Shown here one piece after another: positions 1-8,700 of a DNA stretch of 64,000 nucleotides (positions are counted from its first letter, which is position 1; each line of letters starts with the position of its first letter). The position numbers were made by a program, and so were the translations under genes. The notes below the pieces were generated by a model, which saw nothing but the letters and a program-made list of their open reading frames with translations, was not told the DNA's origin and ran no database searches. Origin of the DNA: a virus. The stretch lies in IMG/VR virus record IMGVR_UViG_3300042399_002267. One strand, given 5' to 3'.

Positions 1-425
1 TGATCAATAGTAGTTTTAGTAAGTGTTAAACCATCAATTGGATTTAAAGCACTATTTTCAGTTTTCTCATCTTCACCTGATGCAACGTACACACAAGAGC
101 TGGATGCATAAATAAACTTTTGTTTATTTAATTTCTTCATCAGATTCACAAATTTAATTACATTATTGTTAAATGTGTCATGCAAATCAGAGCATAGTTG
201 TACTGATGAATTAGCAGCAGTAAGAACTACAACATCAAATGAATCAAGATATTTTTTTGAAAGCAAATCATAGTCTGTTTTGAAATTAGAAAGATTCTCA
301 GTTTCATTGAAGTTTCCAAAATATTCAAGATCAACAGTATGAACATCAAAATTCAATTTCTTGAAATATAATCTTAGTGCTGAACCAATATAACCACATC
401 CACCAATAAGTAGAATTTTTTTCAT
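1..425 (-). CDS. NAD-dependent epimerase/dehydratase (extended SDR), truncated by the window edge
   Basis: Not in the ORF track. ATG at 425; translation MKKILLIGGCGYIGSALR... has the GxxGxxG Rossmann motif, then VVVLTAANSS and FIYASSSCVY; the frame stays open to base 1. Confidence 0.8.
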   Translation of the reverse strand, partial: MKKILLIGGCGYIGSALRLYFKKLNFDVHTVDLEYFGNFNETENLSNFKTDYDLLSKKYLDSFDVVVLTAANSSVQLCSDLHDTFNNNVIKFVNLMKKLNKQKFIYASSSCVYVASGEDEKTENSALNPIDGLTLTKTTID

Positions 426-434
426 AATATTATA

Positions 435-1316
435 TTATATCATAAAACTAAAAGAATTTTTAGTTTTCTTTTTAAGACAAAAATTCAGAGAATATGGTCT
501 TAACGAATTTGTCCGATTGATCAAGTCATTATCAAAAAGATAACTTTGATTATTTCCCAGAAATGGATAACTTTGTATTTCAAAATATTCAGAAAATAAT
601 TCTTTCCATTGGTCTTTGCTATTTGTTGAATTATGATAGCCTTCCCATATTCTATCTATGTTGATATCTCCTAAATCTCTTGGATTACCCCAGATACTCT
701 TAGAAATTCCACGATCAATATTTAAAGTAGATTTAGGACCATAGACTTGATTAGATGATATATCATAATAATATTGATTTTTACCATCAGGTGAATCAGG
801 AAAACTTTCATCCGGTGGACCATTTTGTTTGTGTAAGTGAAAATGATTTTGACCAAATGGAACATTACCTATTAAAATTGATTCTAAGTGCATAATATTT
901 ACTAGTTTTTCAAATAAATTGCACAATGAATCTTTACTAAGATGTTCAAAAAATTCTGATGCATGAATTACATCAAATTTAATTGGCAAACCATCTTTTA
1001 ATATTTCAAATGGATATCTCAAATCAACATTAAATAAACACTCTTGGTAATGGTCTCTCCAGCAATGTAAATTATTCTTGTATGCAAAATCACTACCTTC
1101 TAATCCAACTGCTGTATGCCCAAGATTATAAAAATCTGTGATAAATTGTCCACCAGCACACCCTAAATCCAATATGTTAATTTTATCTTTATTTATAAAT
1201 TTTTCTATTTGATGAATTAATAAAGGATTAGTATTATTGTCAAAAAATATACCATCAGGAAAAATATGATCCGGTATATCTAGCGCTACTGGATTATCTG
1301 TTTTAATTTCAATCAT
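435..1316 (-). CDS. Class I SAM-dependent methyltransferase
   Basis: Motif I ILDLGCAGG, followed by AVGLEGS and FDVIHASEFFEHL; SD GAGGA upstream. Confidence 0.75.
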   Translation of the reverse strand: MIEIKTDNPVALDIPDHIFPDGIFFDNNTNPLLIHQIEKFINKDKINILDLGCAGGQFITDFYNLGHTAVGLEGSDFAYKNNLHCWRDHYQECLFNVDLRYPFEILKDGLPIKFDVIHASEFFEHLSKDSLCNLFEKLVNIMHLESILIGNVPFGQNHFHLHKQNGPPDESFPDSPDGKNQYYYDISSNQVYGPKSTLNIDRGISKSIWGNPRDLGDINIDRIWEGYHNSTNSKDQWKELFSEYFEIQSYPFLGNNQSYLFDNDLINRTNSLRPYSLNFCLKKKTKNSFSFMI

Positions 1317-1344
1317 TGATATTCCTCATAACCAATTGTACAAT
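1316..1344 (+). promoter_or_regulatory. sigma70-type promoter for a leaderless hddA-like transcript
   Basis: TTGATA(1316-1321)-17 nt-TACAAT(1339-1344)-6 nt-ATG(1351); no SD. Confidence 0.65.
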
Positions 1345-1350
1345 ATATCT

Positions 1351-2328
1351 ATGATTACAAGCAAAACTCCATATAGAATAAGTTTTTTTGGTGGCGGAAG
1401 TGACTTGGAATCTTATTATGAAAAAAATACTGGATATGTAATTTCTACATCAATAGACAAGTATATATATCTTAGTATTAATAAAAAATACGAAAAATCA
1501 ATACGTGTAAATTATTCAAAAACTGAAAATGTTAATAATGTAAGTGAAATTAAACACGATATTGTTAGAGAAGTATTGAAATATTTTGAGTTAACAAGTT
1601 ATTTGGATATTACTTGTGTGGGAGAACTTCCATCCAACGGTACTGGACTTGGTTCGTCAAGTGCATTTACTGTTGGTTTGATCAGTGCATTAAATAAATA
1701 TTTAAGATTGAAACTATCTACTCATGAAATTGCTAATTTAGCATGCCATGTTGAAATAGAAATATTGGGAAAATGCATAGGTAAGCAAGATCAATATGCT
1801 TCAGCATTTGGTGGGTTTAATGAAATAATATTTGAAAAAGATGGAAATGTTCTTGTCAATCCATTGAATGTTTCAAAAGACTTAATTGCCCATTTACAAA
1901 ACAATCTTTTGCTTCTTGACACAAAAAATCCAAGAAATGCAGAAGATATTTTAGTTAAACAATCTGATAACATTAAAAAAAGTTCAAATGTATCTGACAA
2001 TCTTTCGAAAATGATTGATTTAGCAAAAAATTTCAAAGATATGTTGCAGAAAAATGATATAGACAATGTTGGTTATTTATTGCATGAATCATGGATCTTG
2101 AAAAAGAATCTTAGTGATTCTATAAGTAGTAATCATATTGATCAGATGTATGACTTTTGTATGAGCCTTGGAGCAGAAGGTGGAAAATTATTAGGAGCTG
2201 GTGGCGGTGGATTTCTATTAATTTATGCTAAGCCTGATATAAAAAAGAAAATTAAAAATTTCTTTTCAGATTACAATCCATCAGATATCAAAATAAATAC
2301 AAATGGCACTATTGCTAAATATATATAG
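1351..2328 (+). CDS. hddA: GHMP-family sugar kinase, D-glycero-D-manno-heptose 7-phosphate kinase-like
   Basis: KTPYRISFFGGGSD, ELPSNGTGLGSSSAF, GKQDQYA and GKLLGAGGGGF. ATG 1351 is preferred over the track's TTG at 1336. Confidence 0.8.
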   Translation: MITSKTPYRISFFGGGSDLESYYEKNTGYVISTSIDKYIYLSINKKYEKSIRVNYSKTENVNNVSEIKHDIVREVLKYFELTSYLDITCVGELPSNGTGLGSSSAFTVGLISALNKYLRLKLSTHEIANLACHVEIEILGKCIGKQDQYASAFGGFNEIIFEKDGNVLVNPLNVSKDLIAHLQNNLLLLDTKNPRNAEDILVKQSDNIKKSSNVSDNLSKMIDLAKNFKDMLQKNDIDNVGYLLHESWILKKNLSDSISSNHIDQMYDFCMSLGAEGGKLLGAGGGGFLLIYAKPDIKKKIKNFFSDYNPSDIKINTNGTIAKYI

Positions 2329-2333
2329 TTAAA

Positions 2334-2365
2334 AAAATAAGGGGAGAAAAATCTCCCCTTATTTT
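2334..2365. terminator. Bidirectional intrinsic terminator between convergent genes
   Basis: Perfect inverted repeat AAAATAAGGGGAGA-aaaa-TCTCCCCTTATTTT between the hddA-like and capsid stop codons. Confidence 0.85.
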
Positions 2366-2380
2366 ATATAGTGTCAGTAA

Positions 2381-3235
2381 TTAGCTGACGGTGATTCTGG
2401 AAACTGCGTAATCGTTGATTAATGCAAATCCGAGTTCTTCGTAAACAACCCATCCAAGTCTGAGTCTCTTTGGATCGTCAGCTGGGAGGACAGTGATGTC
2501 TTGGCGAACTGGGAGAGCACCAACGAATTGTGCAGGTGCGAGAACGTATACAGAGTTCTTAGGAACCATTGTGGAAACGTGGATGTCTGCGGAATAAATA
2601 TGTCCGTAGAGACCAGTCATAAGAACGTCTCTTTGAGTTGCCTCATCGAAGAATTCCTTACCCCAGTTTCTGATATCCTTGTATCTTTGTGGGTGAAGAA
2701 CAACCTTAGCACCAATGAGTTCGTGCTCTTCGATGAGAGTCAACGCAAGGTTGATGTTCTCTGGTTGAAGAGTACCGGAAACAGTGATAGCTTGGTCAGT
2801 TGGAACACCAGCATTGACAACCTTGAAGACTTCTGTATCTTCTTGTCTTTGGAGGGAATCCTTTGCGCGAACCTGTGCTCTATCGACAATGTAAAATCTT
2901 CTTTGGCGAATTTCGTTAAGTCTGATTTGTGGATGTGCAGCAAGTTCAATTGTTGGGACAAGGAGCTCTTCAGCTTCAACTTCAGCAGAAGGAACAGCGC
3001 CTCTCTTAGGAATAACATAGGACTTTACAGCTACATCTCTCTCATATCTTGCAAGAGCGCCTTGTGGGAGCTCATCAACCATGAGAAGTTTTCTACCGAT
3101 AGCTTGGTACATAAGGGAAGTCTTGATTGGCTCAACCATAGCTTGAGCTAATGCTGTGCGTCCCTCAGGAGTTTCGAGAGCCATCGCAATGATAGCTTCT
3201 CTCTGCTCGTTTGTATTTCTTTTGATCATTGACAT
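2381..3235 (-). CDS. Major capsid protein (HK97 fold, Bxz1/cluster C-like)
   Basis: LAQAMVEPIK..L.YQAIGRKLLMVDELPQG, ELLVPTIELAAHPQI, QEDTEVF, G.LPVRQDITV and LGWVVYEELGFALIN parallel Bxz1-type MCPs as I recall them. Last gene of the head operon, with a strong SD and biased codon use. Confidence 0.85.
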   Translation of the reverse strand: MSMIKRNTNEQREAIIAMALETPEGRTALAQAMVEPIKTSLMYQAIGRKLLMVDELPQGALARYERDVAVKSYVIPKRGAVPSAEVEAEELLVPTIELAAHPQIRLNEIRQRRFYIVDRAQVRAKDSLQRQEDTEVFKVVNAGVPTDQAITVSGTLQPENINLALTLIEEHELIGAKVVLHPQRYKDIRNWGKEFFDEATQRDVLMTGLYGHIYSADIHVSTMVPKNSVYVLAPAQFVGALPVRQDITVLPADDPKRLRLGWVVYEELGFALINDYAVSRITVS

Positions 3236-3264
3236 TTTATTTTTCTCCTAATATCTTCCTAAAA

Positions 3265-3942
3265 TTAGAGTGCACTTAACTGGGTGAAGTAAAGAAGACC
3301 AGTTGCGGAATCGTAACTGTCAACTCTACCTACAACGAAGCCGTGTGAGGAACCAGTACCGGAAAGAAGACCAGTCATACCAATCTTGGTAACTTTTCCA
3401 GATGAACCTACAGCAGCAGCAACAGTTAAGAGATCACCGATTGCAGGTGTCCATGCTGAACCAGCTGTATCATCAGCAGTAGCAGAAGTTGTTGCAAAAC
3501 CAATAAATCTGTCAGTAATGAACTGACCACCTGGGGTGTTGAATGCAGCAACGCCTCTTCTAGGACCTTCAAAACCAGTTGAACCAGCTGTTGGGTTAGT
3601 AACAGTATTGACGTTCTCAGCTAAGAAGTCAGCAATTGCTCTCTTTGCAACGACATAGAATGCGTTGTTGTTAGCAACAAAGTTGCCAGATGAGTCGGTG
3701 TAAGATGCACCAACTGGATCAGCCAAGATCATGGTGTTACCAGATCTAGCTGTATCGTCAGCTGAGAAACCAACGAATCTACCTAATTGAAGGGAGTTGT
3801 TGTTGAAGTCAGATCTGTTTCTATAAGCTGGAACTACCTTGCCGTTAGCTTCAATCATTAAAGCGTCACCAGCAAAGATAACAGCACCAGCGAGTGTGTC
3901 ATAGTTTGCAACAATTGCAGAATTTAATGCACGAATAGCCAT
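3265..3942 (-). CDS. Putative capsid decoration/cement protein
   Basis: Ala/Gly/Thr-rich, beta-strand-like 225 aa directly upstream of the MCP; SD AGGAG. Confidence 0.55.
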   Translation of the reverse strand: MAIRALNSAIVANYDTLAGAVIFAGDALMIEANGKVVPAYRNRSDFNNNSLQLGRFVGFSADDTARSGNTMILADPVGASYTDSSGNFVANNNAFYVVAKRAIADFLAENVNTVTNPTAGSTGFEGPRRGVAAFNTPGGQFITDRFIGFATTSATADDTAGSAWTPAIGDLLTVAAAVGSSGKVTKIGMTGLLSGTGSSHGFVVGRVDSYDSATGLLYFTQLSAL

Positions 3943-3972
3943 TTTTTATTCTCCTAAATTTGTGTTTGAGGA

Positions 3973-5652
3973 CTAATCCTCGATTTGTGGCATTGACCAA
4001 GTGCCTCTAAGGGCAGATTGGATGTCGAGAGCTGCATTATTGACATTGCTGCCACTAAATGCAGGGGTTGTAGAAATACCAAGTGTAGATGCTGTTCTGG
4101 TATTACTCATTCTCTCAGCAGCTGCAGCAGCAACTCTTTCAGAAGATGCTTGTGCAGATTTGAGTAGAAGTTTGGTTTGTCTGATCATAGCGTCAGCCTT
4201 AAGGTTGTCGTTTAACATTTGATCAGCATATGCATCAACTTCAGATGTTTCAATGATTCCAGCTAATGCTAGTTTACTTGAACATGAATAAGCTGCTTTA
4301 ATTCTGGCTTTTTCAAGATCAGAAGAAGATGTCATCAACTTGACCTGATCACCAGGAGTTTGCTTGACTGTGACAGTTGCAGCATCCTTATCAGAATAGG
4401 TGCCCTTATTCATCATTTCAGAATAGTTGTCTTTTTCCATCTTTGCGCAGTTTGAACATTCAGTTTTTTCATCATGCATTTCAGCATCTGTCATTGATGT
4501 TTCATATCCACATGTTGTACACTTGACTGCATGTCTTTGTGCTTGAGCAACAGTGGTCTTATGTGGCATTGATGGCATTTGAGTAGGAACCTCAAAATAC
4601 TTTGCATCAAGTCCTTCTGATGGATTCTCTAATGAATCCCAATCCACTGTATACTCTAAAGAGCCATCGCCTGAACCTTCGAACTTGCTAGGCTTAGTGA
4701 TATCTGGGAATTGTAAAGAATCAGGGATGTTTGTAGGAACTTTTTGGTCAGCAAATGAAGGGTTCTGTTCCTTGAGAGAATTCCCATCACTTCCTTCTAA
4801 TGTCATAGAAGGATATTCTACTTCACCTGGCATGTTTACCATGTCTTCGTTGTACTTGAATCCTGCTGACGCTGGATATTGCTCTTCCTCTGAAGCAATC
4901 TTCTTAAGAATAGCCTCTCTCTCAGCACGTCTAGCAGCTAATGCTTGTTTAGTCATTTTGTTCACTCCATTACTTGTGTGCATTTTAGGCTCGGAATCTA
5001 ATTCCATTTCATCTTCATCAATGTCCATGTCGTCTTCTGAATCCATATCTGAATCCATATCGTCTGAATCAGTATCCATGTCAGAATCATCTTCCATGTC
5101 CTCATCATCAAGATCAACGTCCATGTCCATATCATCTTCTCCGCCTAGAAGATTGTCGAGCGCTTTCTGCACTGCTTTCTGTGCAACGTCAACCATATCA
5201 GCGGGAACTTCTATTTCAAACGTAGCCATCTCTTCAACATCGTCTACTTCGTCTTCGTCATCATTTAAATCGTCTTCTAAATCATCTTCATCATCTTCGA
5301 TGTCTTCGTCCATGTCTTCCATGTCTTCGTCATCTTCAAATTGATGCATTTCAATTTCTTCATCTTCTGTTTCATCGTTTGCGAAGTCTGCAGTCTCTTC
5401 TGCCCCACCGTCAAGATTGATCATTTTATTGACATGCATTTCGTCCATGCCTGCTTCTCTGGCAACTGACGGTAAATATTTAGCTCTTATTGCATTAGCG
5501 ACAATGGCAGCTTCATCTTTGTTTAAAGATGCAGTTTTTACCATGTCATTGACACATGAGTTAAAATCTTCCTTGTCAGTAACTTGAAGTTCAGCAAGAC
5601 GAAGCGCAGCTAATCTTTGTTGGTGATCGGCATTCGTCATATTTTCTTTCAT
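3973..5652 (-). CDS. Putative scaffolding/head core protein, highly acidic
   Basis: Lies between protease and MCP; long D/E/M low-complexity tract, helical C-terminus (..LDIQSALRGTWS), CxxC..CxxC motif. Confidence 0.55.
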   Translation of the reverse strand: MKENMTNADHQQRLAALRLAELQVTDKEDFNSCVNDMVKTASLNKDEAAIVANAIRAKYLPSVAREAGMDEMHVNKMINLDGGAEETADFANDETEDEEIEMHQFEDDEDMEDMDEDIEDDEDDLEDDLNDDEDEVDDVEEMATFEIEVPADMVDVAQKAVQKALDNLLGGEDDMDMDVDLDDEDMEDDSDMDTDSDDMDSDMDSEDDMDIDEDEMELDSEPKMHTSNGVNKMTKQALAARRAEREAILKKIASEEEQYPASAGFKYNEDMVNMPGEVEYPSMTLEGSDGNSLKEQNPSFADQKVPTNIPDSLQFPDITKPSKFEGSGDGSLEYTVDWDSLENPSEGLDAKYFEVPTQMPSMPHKTTVAQAQRHAVKCTTCGYETSMTDAEMHDEKTECSNCAKMEKDNYSEMMNKGTYSDKDAATVTVKQTPGDQVKLMTSSSDLEKARIKAAYSCSSKLALAGIIETSEVDAYADQMLNDNLKADAMIRQTKLLLKSAQASSERVAAAAAERMSNTRTASTLGISTTPAFSGSNVNNAALDIQSALRGTWSMPQIED

Positions 5653-5713
5653 TTTCTGCTGCTTCCCTTAATTAAAATACAAAATCTTGTATTACAAGAA
5701 ACTGTTATTTTTC

Positions 5714-5739
5714 TTCTATTTTTAAATAGTTTTTACCTG
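5714..5739 (-). promoter_or_regulatory. Putative late promoter CAGGT-N16-TAGAA
   Basis: Minus strand gCAGGTaaaaactatttaaaaaTAGAAg; the same motif and spacing occur upstream of the protease gene. Confidence 0.6.
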
Positions 5740-5741
5740 CA

Positions 5742-5773
5742 AAATAGAGGAAGAATGGCTTCTTCCTCTATTT
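5742..5773 (-). terminator. Intrinsic terminator after the protease gene
   Basis: 13-bp perfect stem AAATAGAGGAAGA/TCTTCCTCTATTT. Confidence 0.75.
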
Positions 5774-5781
5774 GTACATAT

Positions 5782-8700
5782 TTAGTCAATCCAAGTGATA
5801 TTTACATCAAGTTTTGATGGATTCTTCTTGTTTTGGCTTACAACTGTTTTTGAGTAGTTTCCACAATCATAACAGAATGTATTATTTTTAACCTTATGTG
5901 CTTCTCTATTTCCACACTTAGGGCAAATCATACCAATTGGTAATCTTTTTTCGGTTGTTTTATCAAAATCTGGCATTGCTGTTCTAAGATAAACATCGGA
6001 ATCAACTGTAGCAGCCAATCTGTACATAGCTTTGTATGATGCCATTGGCGCCATAGCACCAGGAGCTCCCATAGGTGGAGCAGGAGGAACTTCAGTTGGT
6101 GCAGTTGCAGCACCTAATCCCATGTCTTCTCCCATGCCTAAATCAGGTAACTCTTCTGCGCCTTTTCCATTGCTTCCCATTGAGACAAGTTCAATCGATT
6201 GAAGAACCTTGTATGTGGTACCACATGCTTGGCAATCTGCATTTGATTCAGAAATGTTTACATCATCAGAGCCACAAACTGGACAAACTGAACCCCAAGG
6301 CTTGATTGCACCAGGCTCAGAGATTTGATCATTAGGATCAGATGCATTCATCTCATCCCCACCAGTCATAGCACTGATACCTAAATCTCCACCTGGAACA
6401 GCAGATGCATCTGGTGCAGGTTGACCAAGATTAGGATCTACAGGACCTGCAGGAGGAGCTGCCGGTGTCATGCCCGGAACTTGTGCATATTTGAGAAGAA
6501 TTTGATTTCTCTTAGCTTCTCTTGATGCTTTGGCAGATGCTGTCATAACAACAACTGGTTCTTCAGTAATCTCGCCAACTGACTCATGTCCAGCATCATG
6601 TTCGGACATCATGGAATCAGAACCATTTGAAACATCAAATGATTTTGTTGATCTTGTTGAAACAGTAGCAGTTACGTCACCATTAGCAGTGACAATCAAA
6701 TCTGTGAATGAGAAAGTATTTGGATCTACTGTAAAACCATGCTCTTGAAGTACAGATATAGCCTTTTGCTTGAATGTTTCTTCAAATGCATCATCAGAAG
6801 GATTAACGCCCTCTAAATCATCTTTTGTGCATACAAATCTCAAGCATTCAGATTTATCTTGAGTTACTTGAATACCAGCAGTTCTTTCTGAGGATCTTTT
6901 GATTTGAATTGCCTTAGTTAGTAATTTCTCAGCCAAATCATAATCTTCAACAAGTCTCTTAGCAGCTACAACAATTGATTTTGTAGGAATGTCAAAGTTA
7001 GTTGAATAATCAGCGAGCCAACCAATAACATTGTTGTCAATATTGTCAGCAGATGCAGTTCTTACTCCCCAGAAATCTCTTCTTTCTCTGGATCTAAGTC
7101 TAGCATCGGTGGAAGATGCTGTTTTAGCTCTGGTGATAGCAGCAATCATTTGTTTTTCTGGCATTGATTGCATACTGTCGATAACTTCACTAGGTGTAGT
7201 TCCAGTTTCTTCACTTGCCATAGCGCCTGCAGAAATGACAGACTTTATTGCTTCTTTGGATGGTAACTTTTCATCTTTATCAACAGCTGATTGAAGAGCA
7301 GATTTTAATTCTTCTGTTTTAGAAGAAGGAGCTTCAACATCTAAGCCTTCAGAAGGTACGCTAACGTCCATCATTAATGAACCAATAATGTTCATAATGC
7401 CTTCTTTGGTAATTGCGCTATCTTCTGCTACTACTGCGATTGCATCCGCCAAGTCTTTAGCAGTGATAGTTGATGTTACTGCATCACCAAGTTGCTTGAG
7501 AATAGCAGCAACTGAATTATCAGGTTCTACATCTTTGCTGAAGAAGTCAGCATTATCAGCTTCATCTGCTCTCATTTCACTTCCTGCAGCAGAGGTGCCA
7601 ATCATTTCAGGCAACATTGGTTCTTCTGCAAGCATTTGTGCAACTTTGATGATTTTGTCAGGAGTTTCCATTGCAGAAACAACAGATCTACCAAGTGCAT
7701 TAATTGTTGCAGACATAATTTCATGAGCAGATGCAGAACCTTCAGTTCTACTTTCAGAAAGTCTCTTTTCAATTACTTCTGTAGGAACGCCTTTAGCAAC
7801 TTCAGCAACTAATTCTGTAAGAGTTTTCATAACTTCAGAATCTTTTACTCTATGTGCATAAAGTCCAGCTTCACCTAGTAAAATTTCTTTTACATCTTCA
7901 GCGCCTTTACCAGTTTGTTTGGATTCAAGTAATTCTTCTCTTACTTTATTCATAACACCAGTATTTTTGCTTTTGACACCATCTTGAAGATTGTCGTAAG
8001 TTTCACCAGTTCTTACTTCTTCAAGTTGCTCTTGTCTTGATTCAAGTCTTTCTTTGACATCAAGCAATGCAGTTCTTACAAAACCAGAATATTGATTTAA
8101 TAATTCTGCAGCAACTTTAGTACCTTGACCATTCTCCATCATGTTAAGTTGAGATTCAGTCAAAATAGGCTCCCAGCTATTTCTCTTGCCGTTGGTAAAT
8201 CCTGTGATGGAACCATCTGTAGAGAGAACAACTTTATTTCCTGCAGCATCTTCGACTTTAAAATCGATAGTTACAGCAGCAGCAAGCTTTTTTCTTTGTT
8301 CTGATGCGATTTTTGCAAAATGATCCATTTCGTTTCTGCCCTCCGCCCCATTATTTTTTGGCGTGTTATTTTTGATATTTTTGTTTCGTTCATTAGCTAC
8401 TCTAATGACTGATTCAATACTGCTTTGAACATCTCTTGAATATCCAATAGAATTCTTAAGTTCTAAAAGACTTTGTGAAAATGACAAAACTTTATTTGTT
8501 TTCTCAGGTGTTTTATACCCATTACTTGCAAACACTTCTCTAGAACCATCATTTGATGCCCATACAAAATGAAGATCAGATGATGCTAGTGCTACACCGC
8601 CACCTACAGGAGATGTTTCTTGCGGTAAAGATAAATCCATTACTCTTCCAACATTTCCCATTGGAGAATAATTAGCAAGACCTACAGGCGCTGCAGCTTG

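Noticed and set aside
2501-3151. 216-aa plus-strand ORF antisense to the major capsid gene
   Set aside because: It is fully nested opposite a strongly codon-biased gene, has no RBS and no recognisable motifs; this is the expected shadow ORF.
2381-3235. Encapsulin rather than phage capsid
   Set aside because: The adjacent protease, portal and terminase genes define a virion head module.
4685-5344. Ser-rich plus-strand ORF (and similar 4001, 7031, 7388, 13902, 39012, 58932 ORFs)
   Set aside because: These are antisense shadows of acidic or biased genes; the poly-Ser simply mirrors GAT/GAA/GAC codons.
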